DNA of 59,069 nt, the filler included, from Sphacelaria rigidula (lineage: Eukaryota): the NCBI GenBank assembly GCA_964200075.2. It is 7 parts of 7 records of this genome, joined end to end, with 100 filler letters (N's around TTAATTAATTAA, not from the genome) between each part and the next. Parts side by side here need not be neighbours in the genome. Positions count along the whole stretch, not along the records: positions 1 to 8,353 come from CAXNAA020011421.1; positions 8,454 to 16,806 come from CAXNAA020011422.1; 5 more parts are not named here. One strand, given 5' to 3'. Below are positions 1 through 12,126 of the stretch, one piece after another. The first letter of the stretch is position 1; every line of letters starts with the position of its first letter. The position numbers and the translations under genes are program-made. Under the pieces are notes generated by a model. It did no database searches and was not told the DNA's origin. It worked only from the letters and a program-made list of their open reading frames with translations.

Positions 1-270
1 CCAGATCCGGCTGTACAGATATGGAAGTTTCGGGGCTCCTGCGAACTTACCCCTGTATCAGCCGTTCACTAGGTTACACGTCATAAAAGGATATCTCTCC
101 GCACATGCCCAAATGGCGATCTCCACATATATATATATATATTCATCTTTATGCGCAAGACTGGGTGGCAGTGGGGGCTCCGTGTCCGAAAATGTTCTCC
201 CGACAGACCCCTGGTAGGACTGATGTGGGCGTGAGAGAGACATGGACACTATAGCACGCATGATACTCAC

Positions 271-697
271 CATCACCCAGGATTCTCATGGCCGACGAGT
301 CGAAGGCGTAGTGCACTCGACAAGATAATGTCGTCTCCCCGTCCATGATTTTCTTCGCCGCAGCCAGTCGGTGATTGCCGTCAAGCACCTTGTAAACGGA
401 TGTGGCGATGCAGTCCTCGGTGAACTCGCCATTGGGCAGCCCCTCCCTTTCCACCACGAGGGCAGGCTCGGCCTGCGGAAGCCATCCTTTCTCTTTGATG
501 GACTCCACAATCGTCTGCAATCCGCTTTCATTGATCGGCCGGGTGAACGAGGTGAGCCTGACCTGCTTTATCGGCACCTTGAAGCGGCCGATAAAGTTAC
601 GGTCTAGAGTATTGGCGAGCCCCAGCCTTGGGCTACTACTCCCGGCCTGACTCTTAAGGTGGGCACCGTTGTCATCAGTATCCACACCCCCGCCCAT
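271..697 (-). CDS. Exon encoding a ParB/sulfiredoxin-fold (ParB N-terminal-like) domain; gene incomplete
   Basis: Translation ...KVPIKQVRLTSFTRPINESGLQTIVESIKEKGW...YKVLDGNHRLAAAKK... matches the ParB pattern (L..SI...G...; DGxHR). ATG at 697. The protein-like sequence ends at a strong donor, GATG|GTGAGT, at 271/270. Confidence 0.65.
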
Positions 698-1496
698 GTC
701 GCTGTGAGCAGCAGCTCTGAGTAACCGATGATGGTGCTCGAGCGGCGTTGATGAGTGAAAAAGGTGGGGGTTCCTTCGTAGAATGCAAAAAGACAATATG
801 CCGACTAAAAATCTTTCTGGCGACCAGAAGGGTGTGGTCGCCTCCGAGGAGGGGCTTTCGCTCGGTTCCTCTTGGTATGGAAATATCGTTACATTATTGT
901 TGGCATCACATTCTTACGCCAAAATTAAAAAAGAAAACTCAGGCAAGATGGGCGGATGCCCGCATGAAGGGGGATCATTGTATAAGATATCACCTGGAAT
1001 CGACCGCAAAGTGCGTACGATTCGCACGAGTGGTGAGCCCCCAACGAAGGAGTGTCAACCCAAAACATGGCATCGCTGGAACGCGGTGTCCTAGGTTGGG
1101 ATTTCGGTGCTACTTTCTGTCTGGAAAGGTGACATTTTCCCACGCTGGGTGGTATCAGTAGTGTTGCTCTGTAGTGGTTCCTCGCGGGTGCATGGTACGC
1201 AGACATGTGGCGGCCGCGCTCAAGGGCTATGACAATACTGAGCGGTTCTAATGTCACAACCTTTGGCCGCGCTGGATGATCCTCCTCCCCCACGATGCGT
1301 ACGGGATCGATCATACCGTGCAGAGTCTGCCTGAAAAAAACATCTCAGTAGCTTTTGCAACAACGGAGCATGACACGATTGTCTTGTCCGGATGTATACC
1401 TGGTGGTGCAACATTACCCCGCATTAACATTGAAAATTGGAAACTGCCCCCACGATCTCCATAAGATCCGGTATAAAAGACTGCGTCAACTTTTGT

Positions 1497-1685
1497 ACTG
1501 TACTGTCGTATACGGTCCAGTGCGGTTCTCTGTTGTGTACTGCCCTGTGCTGTGGTGTACCGGACTCTGCTGTACTCTACACTACTCTACTCTACTGTAG
1601 AGAACGGCATAGTATTATACTGATGTATACGGTCCTGTACTGTTATGTACGGTGTTGTGATGCTGTTCACTGTTGTACTGACTGT
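1497..1685. repeat. Degenerate (TACTG/TACTC)n simple repeat
   Basis: Repeated tactg/tactc/tgtac units are visible directly. Confidence 0.7.
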
Positions 1686-4600
1686 CCTCGCTCTCATCAT
1701 ACCGTGTTTGACCGACAGGCAGGCAGACCACGCACGCCAATATCGATACCCTTAGACTGTGCCACGCGTTGCATCCAGGACCGTCCTGTGGAGAAGCATA
1801 GCCTGTGCTGTAGAGTCTGCGAGAGCGTAGCGCGATCGCGGTTCGCTGTCACATTCCTTCATCCGAACACACATGCAAAGTATCAGGCAATTATCACCCT
1901 ACTGTACTTGCGCCAGTGCACGCATTGCCTACGCAGCGTGTGTATAACCGCTGTATGTTCAGGAACGCGGCATGTGATCGTTTATGCAGCGTGATGGGGT
2001 GGCTGACGAGATCAGCATGTATCGATGACCACCGTAAGTGGGATGGGGGTTCCCTCCGCGTGCAGTGTATGCTATTGTCCGAGGGTGTGTGTGTGTGTAT
2101 GTGTGTGTGTTCGATTGTTCTGGTCTATCTTCCGTTCGTCCTTTATTTCCTCTAACCATTATAATTTTTATTTTTTCTTCTATCCCCCAAGTCATTCCTG
2201 GGGTTGGTGCTCGTATCTCGACGGGTAGCGAGCAAGGGAAGATGGGGTGCATGTTGCGGAATCCGGTCAGCTGAGCCAAAACCATAATTGTGCGGGTTTT
2301 TCTGGCACACCTCTGTTTCCTTTATTTCCACGGCCTCCCGTACCCAACAGATCTTGTGTCACCCGAGGATGCCTTGCCCCTCCGAGCGAAGCGAGCTGGT
2401 GGTGTGCTGGAGTATCGGATGGGGGGGATGGCCGACGACTCCATGCCCACTGTGGACTTCCAACAACCGCGGGTAGAAAACTTCATCGGGTGACGCAGGC
2501 GACGCTATTGCGAAAAACACCCCCGTCGTGAAGTTGTCCAAGCACGCGTACATCGACACCACGGGGAGGATCAAATGTCTTTCGTGTGGGTTCACCACTT
2601 CGGCGGAGGAGAAACACAAGTACCAGCGCAATCGCCGGGCGCGAGGTCGGGGAAGGATTGCTATTCCACACAACGTAGGTGCGATGCGTTCCGAATATAG
2701 ATGCGCAGGGGGGGTCAAGGCACCCCAAGTTTTTGGAAGCGGGGTGGGAAGTGAACACGGGTCGGGGAGTAACAGTAGCGGCACACCAGCGGCGACTGAA
2801 ATCGAAGATTCAGAGTCTGGAAGCAGCACCTCGTCGGAGACCTTTTCTGATTCCGGCGGAAACAGCGACGCGGACGTTGTGGAACGCTAGCTGCAACGGG
2901 TTATCGTGGCGTGGTCGAGTGGAAGCCGCCCTGAAGTGAGTGGTGATGTAGACGGCAGGGAAGCATGTGGTGGGGCGCCGGACGTTATTGCTTATGTTAT
3001 GTTGAAGTAACCTTCACTCAATTTATGCGGATCTGTCGTACCGTACTAAGGAGGAATGTTGGGACGCTTTATCGCCAACAATTGCAACAACAAATGGAAC
3101 ATGTTGAGATTGCAGGGAGGAATATTTCCCCACTCTTCTTCTGTTGGTTTTGGTCCCGTTTCTTTCATCTTGATGGAACCTGTGCTTCAAGAGGCAATGA
3201 TGTCGAAAACGTAGGCTTTCTCCGATCCAGACACTCCGGCTTCCGGTCGCCACTATTTCCCAATTATGCCTCTTGATTTGGTCGCCCGCTTTGGTGCATA
3301 ATGGGGCGCAGTTTGTGCTCCCCGAGTCCACCCAGTTGTAGTGCTTGTTACTTCACGGCTCGACCCTGTTCACTTTAAAAGTATGCATTCCATCTCTTGA
3401 TGTGCCATCGTGAGTGTCCAACACCAGTAGGTCACGGCTTTGGCTGAACGATATCCCTCTACCCCCTGGTGGGAGGGTCCACATCCTAGAAACCGGGAGA
3501 GGGCGAAGTGTTTTGCACGATAAGTTTCGAAGATGTGCAGCGCCCGCAATATGTAGCCTTCTCCTGTGGGCTTGTAGCTGTTGCGGTTTTTGCTTCGCGC
3601 TCCTGTTTGTTCGTATGAGTAGCTTGTTAGTTATCATGTCGGCGAGACTATTATTTTCCGCCGTCATCTCCGAATATGTTGAACCGAAAAAGGTTGTGCA
3701 AAAATGTGAGAGCCGATTTGGTAACTGGTTTGGGCACTGTATAAATGGGATACTGAGTGATAGTGTCGCCGGAAACCTAGGCGATAATGTAATGAGTAAT
3801 GTTTCAGTGGGAGCACTCGGCGAAAGCTACGACTTGTCGTGGCACGCGCAATAAAAATACAGGACAGAAAGATTGCCTCCTGAAAAAGACTTCTGCTAGG
3901 GTAGTAGTAGCCTCACGGCCATGCCTATTCTGGGGTAAAGACGCCCAAAGCCTTTGGTCGCTAATATGTGTTGACCGCGTCTTTGTTGTATGTTATTGCA
4001 CGGTGCGTGGTGAAGTTATCCCAGGATACTGGGGGGCGGGGGTTCATTCCACGACAAAGCACGGGCTCATATGTGTGTCAGACAACGTAATACGCTCGCT
4101 GTGCGCTTCTACTTGGCCGGTGTCAAGCAGGATGAACAAATGTGTCGTATTGTCCTCAAGCGTGGTCGAACAGAAGTCGCCGGTTTCACTGACGATTTTT
4201 GTTGACTTTTCCGAGGTAGAAGTGGCCCAAAGTACCACTCGCCATATCGTCGCATGACTATTTTTCTTGCCGCAGCCTCGTACCCGGAAGCTGCCCATTT
4301 ATGCTGTAATGGCGGTGATTACGTAGATTCTCTCAGCCTTTTTTTTCGTACTCTGGGGCTAATCTACTTGGGGACAACCCGTGCATTCCATAATTTGAAG
4401 AGGGCTATGGCAGGTATCCGACTAGCACAACGTATGTCGATGCCCTCCCATTTGTCGTGCTGTCCTCACGTATTTCACCGTAAAACATGAACGGGACACG
4501 ACTCACTCGTTCCATCCTTCGCCTACACCTGTCATATCCACGGCGCGTGCCACGTTTTCCCGCAGGTGCGCACCGCCGTTGGAGACCTCGGCAGTAACGT

Positions 4601-6190
4601 CTGAGGCGATACGGGTAGGGATGACGCCAGACTACGTACCCGCTCCATTTCCATCATGGATGTCGGCGGTGATTCACGCCATGGTGTTAGTTCTGCAAAA
4701 AGGACGTCCGATACAATTGTGGTCGCGCCGGCGGTTGAGGCACGGACATGCTGCCCTGTCGAGTGCTTCGTTTGAAGGTGACAACAGTCGCCGGCTATCG
4801 AGCGATGCCGAAGCAGCGCCGGCGTTGCTGTCGACACCTAACGTTTCGCTGTGTGAGCGTAACATGACAAGTGTTTGGGATACGTTGGAGAGATGGTGTG
4901 CGAACAAGTACGGAGATTCGAGAGTGGAGCAAAAGGCAACACTTATCGTTGTCGGGGTATGGCTACTTCGCAACAACAGAGGCGAGATTGAAAATGACTG
5001 TGGGTATGCCCTCCCTTGCGGGCAACATTGATGCTGAGATGCCCCGCCGAAAAATATCATACATGTAGCAGTTGTATTGGCACGTTAATACCTGTTTGAG
5101 GTGTTTGTTGTCCAGCGATTATTCGCTGGCGCGGCGCACACATACATGTGCCAACAACACTTGGTGCCTCCACGACGGATGGTATCGTTTTTAGGACATG
5201 TCGGTCTATGTGGAGGATCGCCAGTACAAGGTGAGACATCCATAAGGCGATGTGTAACCCGTGGCTACTCTCTCTGGGAGTGTCGATACCAGAAGATGAA
5301 GCAATTCATTGCAGGCTGCCATTCATGTGCAAAACAAATCAGTACGCTTCGAGTCGGATAATCTTGGCAATTCACCTTTCATACAATTCGCCGCACACAT
5401 CACGGCGCTTTGCGCTTGGTGACTGAGAGCTTGGTGCGGCGAAAACCCGGCGTTCTCCGTCCCTGCTTCGTGGGGATACAAGGTCAATAATCTTACGACT
5501 GCGTCATGCAAGATCATGAGTACATCCACTGTGAGGAGCACGGGCTACACCCGGGGCGGCTGCCCTTTGTTCTTACACCTGACTACCGAAATCTACCTTC
5601 GGTGAACCTTCCACGCGCTTCGTTCTGGGAAAAGTCCGGCCAAATTCCGACCCGCACAAAAAAATTGCCCCCAAGATCCTGAGAGGAACGACGGCATCAA
5701 GACACTGCCGCACACCCACTGCTGAGTAATCCCACGGTAGGGCTGCACTTGTCATTCCAAAGATTTTCTGAGGCAGCACACTAAGGCCCAGATATCTGTC
5801 ATCGAGAGGGTCCTACAGCAAAGAGCACAAAAAACAAAAGTGCACCCCTACCGTGACATTGATCTGTTGCGCGTACCGAATCGGAAGTTTTGATATACCA
5901 TAACGATACATCGAGCCGAACATCGTACCGAAATATTTTTGATATTTCAGTGTGTCATACATTTCTTCATGCAGCTACATCGAGCGTTGTGCAATCATAT
6001 ATGATAGATTTTGATCTGCAAGCTCTCGCCAAGCACACAGGTTAAAACCTAGGATGCTTGACGTGGAGATTCTCCACCAATTGGTGTATTTCTCGAAGCA
6101 TTAATTTGGCCAATATGCGAACTAGAACTATCTTCCATCATACTTTTCGCAGACATGTCGAAAAGAACGTTCAACACTGCCAGATTTTAG

Positions 6191-6685
6191 CGGTGCAGTT
6201 AGACCATCTTTAATGGCGACGAATCTCGATTTGTACAAATATGAGGATTCCAGTCCGTCTACAGGCGATTTTCTCTCGTGGATTGATTTTTCGGGCCCCA
6301 GTCCGTTGGGTAATGTTTTTCGGCCACATGTGAGAAAACCAGATCAGTTCTCCGATTTTCTGGACGCTGATTTTTTATTCATCACCTTTTTTTGCTCAAA
6401 TCGGGACACTGCCACATCTCCCCCGCATCTCCCCAGATTTTTTTTATATTTGGGGAAGATGCGGGAGTGTCCCGATTTGAGAAGAAAGATGAAAAAATAG
6501 AGAAAGTCAACGTCCAGAGAACCGAAGGATTGATATGGTTTTCTCACATGTAGCCGACAAACATTGCCCAACGGACTGGGGTCCGAAAAATCAACCCTCG
6601 GGAGAAAATCGCCCGTAGATGAGCTGAAATACTGTTATTTGTACAACTCGAGATTGGTTGCCGTAAAATACGGTCTTACGGCCAC
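6191..6685. mobile_element. Foldback/MITE-like long imperfect palindrome
   Basis: The left arm (aatctcgatttgtacaaat...ccccagtccgttggg...ctcaaatcgggacact) is the reverse complement of the right arm (agtgtcccgatttgag...cccaacggactgggg...atttgtacaactcgagatt) over more than 200 bp. Confidence 0.8.
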
Positions 6686-6978
6686 TTATGATGAGAAATG
6701 AAAAAAAATGGCTCCAATTCTTCTGCCTCCGGCGACGCCTTCACCCGGCCCCCTCGCCAGGCTGGGGGCGACTGGGGCTTGCTTACTGTATTCACCCGGC
6801 TCCCTGAGTTTACCTGCTCGCCTGCGGCTTGCCAATGTTGTCGATCTTGTATGGATCTGATTATTAGTGGTTAGGAATACAACACTAACACCCACACTCG
6901 CACGCCACATACATACACGATAATACCCTTGTTTGCAAGGAACACTGCTGTCGACACAGTGAAACCCACAAGAACACA

Positions 6979-7400
6979 GGATTCTACGAATTGGGATGGA
7001 TCTTTTATCCGGGAATGAAAACCCGGAGAATGAAAATCTACGTATCCACACCAAATCTTCGAAGTATGCTTCCATCTCCACTTGCTGATAGCTATTGACA
7101 ACTTCTGAGCGCCATAAAATTTTGTATTTCGATAACCGAAATATCGGGGTCCTAGGTGAAACATCAATTTTGGGGGGTTTAGGTGTCCGATTGGACACCA
7201 AAATTGGTTTTTCATCTAGGACCTCCGACATTTCGGTTATCGAAATACAAATTTGTATGGCGTGTAGTAGTCAGTTGTCAATAGCCACCAGCAAGTGAAG
7301 AAATGGGAGAATATTTCGAAGATTTGGTATGGATACGAATACTTTTATTCTTGGGGTTTTCATCCCGAATATAATATCCATCCCCAATTTGTAAAATCCC
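6979..7400. mobile_element. Second foldback/MITE-like long imperfect palindrome
   Basis: gtatccacaccaaatcttcgaa...gctattgacaac...tttgtatttcgataaccgaaat is mirrored by atttcggttatcgaaatacaaa...gttgtcaatagc...ttcgaagatttggtatggatac. A small hairpin (ggtgtccgattggacacc) lies near the centre. Confidence 0.8.
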
Positions 7401-7544
7401 GTGTTAAAGGCGTTTGAAAGCCTTGTGCCAATCCGTAACACACAACACGCTCACGGGTCCTTCTGCACTTGTCCCGATCGATGGTGACCTGCCGAAAAGG
7501 TGGGTATGACGCTACAACAGTAGTCAGATTCCGAAGATTGTATT

Positions 7545-7900
7545 TTGAAGGGTACGATTTTCTGTATCCCCGGCGTATATTCCCGGGGAAATTATTACAC
7601 GTACCCGACAGTTTTGTGACTTCTCGAAGACTTCACCCATGCCCAACAGTTCTGTAACTTCTGTAAGCCTCCTATATCCCCACCCGGGGTTCGGGTATCC
7701 CCCTGTAGTTATACCCGGTTACGAGTCCTTTTTTCTGTGCAACTTCCATACCCTATACCTGACAAGTTGTGCAACTTTTGTAAGACTTTCATGCCCGTAC
7801 CCGACCGTTCTGTAACTTCTGCGGGCCTCCCATAACCATACCCGGGGTGAGGGTGTATACCATTCCTTGTAGATGTACCCGATTTAGGTATGAGAGCATA
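7545..7900. repeat. Degenerate tandem repeat (aacttctgtaag / tacccg motifs)
   Basis: Recurring gttctgtaacttctg, aagactt, cccgtacccga and atacccgggg motifs. Confidence 0.5.
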
Positions 7901-8353
7901 CGTATATACACCCCCTGGAGAGATATGAAAACAGGTTCAACCCCGAGACAATCTGGCAACCTGAACTTGTACCCAAACCCCCATTATGAATCGAACCCCC
8001 CTCGCTCACTCAACGCCACACGCCCACAAGAAAACAAATTTGGAAATAATTTCGTACACTGACGGGTTGCGGGGCAGGGTTGAGTGGAAACACGACAAAT
8101 GAGCAGCAGTGCAGACCGTCAGGATGGATCACCCACAAACTCGAGTAGTGGCTCGAGTGGGGACGATTCATCTTCGCGCGCCACCAGGGGAATCAAGTAG
8201 CAAGGGGCAAGTCATCCAGGTTAATGATGGTCGTGTCCAAGGTTATGTTCTGTAGGGTTTAGTTTCATGTACTTCCTCTGTCCCATAAGTAAAGTCCGTT
8301 ATGGGCTTTTAATCGTTTGTGCATTCAATCTCTTCCGATTATCCCATAGTCGG

Positions 8354-8453
8354 NNNNNNNNNNNNNNNNNNNNNNNNNNNNNNNNNNNNNNNNNNNNTTA
8401 ATTAATTAANNNNNNNNNNNNNNNNNNNNNNNNNNNNNNNNNNNNNNNNNNNN
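8354..8453. other. Artificial contig-joining spacer
   Basis: N44-TTAATTAATTAA-N44, which places stops in all six frames. Confidence 0.98.
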
Positions 8454-9692
8454 GGTTTTTTTTTTTTTTGTTTTTCTGCGTATTTTGTTTTCTTATTTGT
8501 GTCTTAGACAAGGGTGGGGGGGGGGGGGGGGGGGGGGGGGGACTTGCCATAAATGTCCGTCGGAGTCTCGTCACCTTTCTCACAGTTCACGATATCAGAA
8601 TGTTTGTCATCTTATGAAATAACGTTTCTGTGAGATTTCGTAGTGTGGGCGTCTCGACATGGTATAGGAGACATCTTCTACCTTGTTTTACACCCTCCAA
8701 ACGTGGTTACGGCAGGGCACCACCGTACCCCAAGTGGCTGGTACTGGGGTCTTTCAGGGTATGTGCAGGGCCGAATATCGTACCTCGACGTATTTACCTA
8801 GGGTATCGGCTGCTGAATATGCTGAGTATTCCAGGTCACGTGAAATACTTGGCCGTGCTGTTGTCGGTGCTGACTGGTGTTGCTGTTGATTTGTGCTGCT
8901 TTTTTGGGCACACTTGTCAAGATATGAAAACATACAGGGCTGGGCTATTGGGCGTTCTACACAAATGCGGCACAAGACGTGTAGTGTTTACCTTGTCGCT
9001 GTAGTCTTGTGTCGCGGCGAACACGTCCAACGCAGCGTTCTTGGCAGAGACCAGAGGCCAAACAGAGCAAGTTGCTGGGAAGTTTTGCTTTATCGTCGAC
9101 CCGAGAATATCGACATGCGAGCGTAGACCGGTCTATAACGTGTGTGTGTGTGTGTGAGATTGCGCGCGGGTGCGTGTTGCAGGATAGAGCACGAGATAAC
9201 GCGGGTATGTTGTTGTAGCTGTTCATGGTCAGATGCTGCTTCTGTCGCAACTGTCAGTGTGCGTGTGTTTGTTCGTGGTTTACCGATTTGGTGCGGAGAG
9301 GTCCAGAAATTGTCGGACATCTGGATCAGGGCACGAACCTTTCTATGCAAACAGCAATGACCCTTTGACCTCGTTAGGGGGAAGGCCGTCGATTGGAACA
9401 CTATCGGCGGCTGACGTTTAACGCCGGTAATCCCCCTCCGTTGACGGTTGTAGCGGGCTGAACAGCCTCTCTCTGCAAGCACCACTTTCACTTCATAACA
9501 TGCCGTGTGTTCGGTTGCTTCCAAGTCCTGAATCACGTGGTTATGTCGACCCCGGAGCACGTATTTTTGCATAATTCACGTGTGCTTGATGTTTATATGC
9601 TATCATTTGTTTCATCGTTTTCTTTTTTGTTCCTTCTTCTGTTTTTTGCCAAAAAAAAAACGGAACAAAACGCTCTTTTGTTTTCTCGACAG

Positions 9693-12126
9693 GCCCTCGG
9701 ACTGTGGATGAAGAGCGTAGAAGAAGAATTGGCTGCCTCGGAAAAACTCGTGGAGGACATGCAGTCCAATTTCGCGTAAGATTTCTTTCTCTCTGTTGTT
9801 TGTGCTTTTGTGCTTTTGTGCTTTCACGTGAAGGTTCATATATATACTGTACATGTGTACTATACTGTACGGATCGTCGACACTTCTTTTTTATGTTGGG
9901 GCCTTGTACTCGCGCTCGATATTTCTCTTACGGGTACTCACTGACTGCCTTCGAGATCTCACCCAAACAGCACCGAAATTTCAGCGTTTGTGTCCGATAT
10001 TGGTGGTACTGCGTTTCCGGAGAGGTAGTTTCCCTGCTCTGTGGAAGAAGGCATTGGGTCAGCTACTTTGTCGCTCAGGGAACTGTGTTTCATGTGACCA
10101 ATGATTTGTCAGAGAGCGAGGCAGGAGGTGTGGCACTGAAGAATGACTTGGTGAAGCTCGCACTCAGTGCCCTTGTCCCACGACCTGGACCGACCAAGGC
10201 TCCATCGCCACAGATCACAGGGCATGCGCCGCTCCATGTTCCGAATTTCGGGATGAAATTTTGACACAAGAGAAACAACAAATAATAGGTCTACTCCGTC
10301 ATCGCTGTCTTCCTTGATTGTGTTTTCATGTTTATTACCCCAACTTCGGGCGATCCGATTATCTGGGCTGCCTTCAGCTACCTAGAGGCGAGCAAGAATA
10401 AAATAAAACAACGGAAGACAGCGGTGATAGGGTAGGCCCAAGTGTAGCTTTTCTGGTGTCAAAGTGTCACGCCGAAAAAATCTTGAAATTTAGCGACATA
10501 CCAGCCGGAGGTCTGACGGTCAGATTGTCACTACAAGGGTGGAGAGAACGTGCGGGCTCGATTCCCGCTAGTTGCTTTTTTTCATTTCTTCGAAATATTT
10601 GAATGGATTTTTGTAGGAAGATGAAAACCCTCCGAAGTACTTTGTGGAAGCTGTCAAGATACACGCATGGCGATCTCCCAATCATAGAGACATGTTCACT
10701 TGAGGATATGTCGCCGCTGTTCTTTAGATATGTTCAGTGGAGGAAATATCCATTTTGAGGTCGGCCCCAGCGCGTATACAAGTACCGGTTCCGAACGGGA
10801 TATGGTGTGTCGCTAATTTACATATTTCCCTTGCGTGTTTTGTGGCCGCTTCCTTGTCTACCCTTCTGTTACGTATCGCGCCGTACTCATGCTTCCGCAT
10901 CGTGCACCGCACCGTGCCTGTATTTTTCATCCTGCAGGGGCGCTCTTTCGTACTTTGGCGAAGACCCCGAGCTGACGCCCCAGGAGTTTTTTACAACACT
11001 CCATTCGTTCATCAAGGTATGCTTTTTGAATAACGAAATTGCTCTCCACCCCTTTCCCGCTCCTCACCCCTCCCCCCCCCCGCCCACGTGGCCGCAGTGA
11101 GTCGTACTAACTGTGTGCCTGTGTGTTTTTCTGTACGTCGGATCCCCATGTTCGCGTGTGTCTTGCGGTGATGATTACTATGGGTGCAGAGGCAGAACTT
11201 TCGAAGTTTGCTTCATTATTCGTGTGAAAACGTTAGTGTTTTATCCACCGTGTATCGATCGCGGGTATCGAATTGTGTGCCGCTCAGCAAAATCTTCACC
11301 GCTATTAATACTGTATATTTGATTCACGTTTTTAGTGATTGCCGCACATCACCTGGGGAACCAGGGGTCCAACCACGGTTACATGATGGACGTACCCGAG
11401 ATTGATTGGTTTTATTGATTGTCGTACTCAAACTGACCCCCCAGCGATCCAACCGTGGTCACATGATAGGCGTACCGAAGACAAAACAAAACTGACACAC
11501 TCGCTGAAAAAAAGTGAAGAAAATAACAAACAAGAACAGAAACGTATGAAAGATGAACCGAGTAGACCAATATAACAACAAAATGCATGAATGGACACAT
11601 GGGCAACACTTATATATATATATATACTTGTTTACATATACGTCCTTGAAACGTGATGTACCGAAATTGAGCCCTGCTGCTGACGCCCTCCCTCCCGCCC
11701 CTCTGCTTGCTCCGTCAGGCCTTCGACGAGGCGAAAGTTTACGTGGATCGCCAGGCAAAAAAAAAGGGAAAAGAGCGCCAGATGGAAGAAAAGAAGAAGG
11801 CGGCGGCCGCCAGGAAGGAGAAATTGGAAGAGGAGAAACAAAAGGCTGCCGCGGAGAGACTCCGTTCGGGATCGGACGTGGACTCCATCAACCCGGCGGG
11901 AGAAAAAGGCGAGTCGAAGGGTGCCGCTGCCTCCGCCGCGGTAGCCGACAAAGATAAACCGCCGCCATGGGGGCCAAAGCCCGGCGACCACAGTAAGAGC
12001 CGCGGCGGTTCATCGTCGGGCGGCGGCGATGCCGCTGGTGAGGAAAAGGTGTTGACGCCTTCGGCAAGTAAGGTAAAGGGAAAGGAGGTGCCCGCCAGTG
12101 CCGAATGCGCCCGATCTGCGGCCTGA
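9693..12126 (+). CDS. Formin (FH2 domain C-terminal part); 5'-incomplete multi-exon gene
   Basis: Exons 9693-9775, 10938-11016 and 11719-12126 have GT-AG borders and matching phases. They give ALGLWMKSVEEELAASEKLVEDMQSNFA-GALSYFGEDPELTPQEFFTTLHSFIK-AFDEAKVYVDRQAKKK..., where YFGED...EFF..L..F...F is the typical FH2 end. The true 3' end is uncertain (see findings). Confidence 0.8.
10260..10463. mobile_element. Intronic MITE-like inverted repeat
   Basis: tttgacacaagagaa...catcgctgtcttcc pairs with ggaagacagcggtg...ttttctggtgtcaaa. Confidence 0.55.
11399..11600 (-). mobile_element. Non-LTR retroelement 3'-end fragment with (CAAT)n-like tail
   Basis: Reverse complement resembles 38330-38408 (gtacgtctatcatgtatccacggctggatccctgggggg...caatcaatcaatca). 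Confidence 0.55.

Noticed and set aside
8398..8409. TTAATTAATTAA motif repeated at regular intervals
   Set aside because: It is an in-silico linker embedded in Ns, not biological sequence.
10495..10582. tRNA-like sequence (gggctcgattccc followed by a T run)
   Set aside because: No convincing acceptor or anticodon stems; at most a degenerate tRNA-derived fragment.
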